A DNA stretch of 64,000 bases from Octopus sinensis (lineage: Eukaryota): assembly GCF_006345805.1 (NCBI RefSeq), contig NC_043008.1:61132001-61196000 (forward strand). Direction: 5' to 3'. Under the pieces are notes generated by a model. That model did no database searches and had not been told where the DNA came from. It saw only the letters and a list, made by a program, of their open reading frames with translations. This document shows, in pieces, positions 61,703 through 64,000 of this stretch (its first letter is position 1; each line of letters starts with the position of its first letter). The translations under genes and the position numbers were made by a program.

Positions 61703-62534
61703 GATAGATAGATATATCTGTGTCACTCTGAGTGAGTACATATGTGTGTGTATTATGGTCCTGAAAACATAGAATGTCATAAAATTTCAAGTGTACAACA
61801 CAGACGGAGCCATTGGTTATCTACGCTCTTGATCTTCATGTGGAATTTCGAAATTCGGCTTGTGTATAAATTCCTGTTACAGAAGCGGCAAATCAAATAC
61901 GCGGTTCTAATAAATTGTAAAATAAAAAAACCAAATAAAAAATTCCAAAAACTTGAAATTTAGCATATTTTTAATTACCAGTGACAACTTTTTCAGTACC
62001 ATTCTATTTTTAACGCAGCTGCACGCACAATTGGATGGGAAATGTTACGTAATAATTTCTGTTTTATAGACTTGAGTATCACTTTATCACTGATTTTAAA
62101 AGGCGTACTGTCATGTGTTGTATGTTCCTAAGATGGAGAGGACGAATGAAGTAAACAATAAAAGTAAGAATAAAATCGTGAAGTGGTGGACAGAACTTAG
62201 ACGATAATATTACAAGATCAAATGGAGATAAAAATACCAAATCAGAGACAGTCATAAAAAATGAGATGAAAGTGGTAGTGGCAGCAGGAGTAGTAGTAGC
62301 AGCAGTAACACCAGTAGTATTAGTGGTGGTGGTGGAAGAAAATATCTATGTTTCATCTCCTATTCCGGATTCTTATTTTTCTAATTACTTTCCTATACTT
62401 CTGTCATTTTCGCTTTCTTGTCTCCCCTCTACTCATCATTTCATGTTTATCTCATTCGTAAATACTATTATCTGGGTCCTGTCCACTATTTCATCGTTTT
62501 ACTCCTTATTGTGTACCTGTTAAGGGAGTACTGT

Positions 62535-63150
62535 AGCTGGCGAAAATGAAACGCATCGGGTCGGTGATTATAGCACATCAACTTAGATGGCCTGGACATC
62601 ATTCCAATTTCTTCGAAAACGGATACGAAAATTGGTGATGTATGGTGAGCTGGGGACAAGGAAAACATCACCAGTGCGAGCCACCCTAGTGTAATAAAAT
62701 ACTGATGAAAGTCATAAAAATATGAATATGCTTACTATCACCTGGGAAAGTCTTGCATTAGACAGTGAGATGTGGAAGAATCTAATTGCTAGAAGTGATA
62801 AAGGGTTATATACACTGATCTGAAACGTACAGATAAATGCATGTAAAATGTTAAGAGAGTATCAGAGCTAGGAAAAATGATGTGCATCGTGTCCAATATT
62901 ATGGACCCTCAATTTAGATGGCCTGGTCATCTTTCTATTTTCTTCCAAAAACGGATACGAAAACTGATGTTTAATGAGATTGAGGCAAGGAAAACGTACC
63001 AAGTGCAAGCCATGCTAATGTAATGCAATCTTCAGGAAACTCATAAGAATATGAATATCAGTAGCAGCACCTTAGAAATGTCGCATCAGCAAGAAAAATG
63101 TGGAGAAATCTGATTGCTAGAAGTGTTACAGAATTCGAGAACGAAAGGGT
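62535..63150 (+). mobile_element. Two tandem diverged RTE-clade LINE 3' fragments
   Basis: HQLRWPGH..KLVMYGELG..TWESLALDSEMWKNLIARS (62535-62800), with a diverged second copy at ~62880-63150 (TTAGATGGCCTGG, AAAACGGATACGAAAA and ATCT.ATTGCTAGAAGTG shared). Confidence 0.7.
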
Positions 63151-64000
63151 TATACACACATACAAGATGTCAAACCACTTCCCAAGAAAGACTGGAAAAA
63201 AATGTTTGTATAAGTATATATTTATGCAAATATATGTATTTATATGTATGTATAAATATATGTATATCTACATAATATAATATATATATTATATATATGT
63301 ATATATATATTATAGTTATATATATATATATATATACATACATATAGATACATATATATGCATAAAGATATACGTATGCGAACATTGGCACGTGGACACA
63401 AATAAATATAAATACATATATATATATATAAACATGTGTGGGATGGGTGTATATATGTACAAATATGTATATATAGATCTATATATAATGTTCGTGCTTG
63501 CGTGATTTCTAGATTTAAATATCTTCCCTGGATATCGTCTCTAAGAATTTAGTTATCAACTGGAAGCATCTTCCATAAAATTGCAAGGAATTGTGAAAAC
63601 CTTGCACTCGTTTGAAAAATCCAACAGAAATTAAAGAATTCCAGCATGGGAAAATTACTGAGGCATATTGGAAATATAAAAAAATAAAGAATGTCACGGA
63701 AGATGCAGATTTTAAAAATATTTATTAAAAAATGTTTATTCTTATCACGCAGCTGAGATAAAATATTGGAAGATGGTAATTTTTGTGTCTTTTGCTAGTT
63801 TTATTGTTTAGTATCTTTGCATTGTAAGAAAGCTTAAGTATTTAGTGATTATGCCGTAAACATATTCGTACACGCATAAGAATGCATCGGATTTAAATAT
63901 TTGTGAGTACACATATTTCAATGTTTTTTGTGCAGCGGGTATGCATATATTGGTATTTACATGCTAACACTCGTATATACAAGCAATCATACTCAAGAGT

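Overview
AT-rich eukaryotic DNA dominated by repeats. It is most likely from an Octopus genome; this is an inference from recognisable tRNA-derived SINE families and very dense (TA)n, (CA)n and (TAA)n microsatellites. I found no intact protein-coding gene, and almost every ORF in the supplied track is microsatellite noise or a transposon relic. Supported content: (i) at least four SINE types, some sharing swapped head, core and tail modules; (ii) Tc1/mariner relics (a full-length decayed Tc1, an internally deleted DD41D element, a MITE, a maT-like 3' fragment and a pogo-like fragment); (iii) three Helitrons, one carrying RepHel remnants; (iv) LINE fragments of CR1, RTE, L1/Tx1 and R4/Dong type, including a CR1-into-CR1 nested insertion and a cluster of (TAA)n-associated retroposons at 49.6-52.8 kb; (v) a dispersed family of ~180-210 bp TA-flanked elements carrying a minimal Penelope-type hammerhead-ribozyme-like motif with covarying stems; (vi) several fold-back palindromes and inverted repeats, including a perfect 40-bp GC-rich one. 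A few splice-site-flanked candidate micro-exons (47-58 kb) are speculative only.
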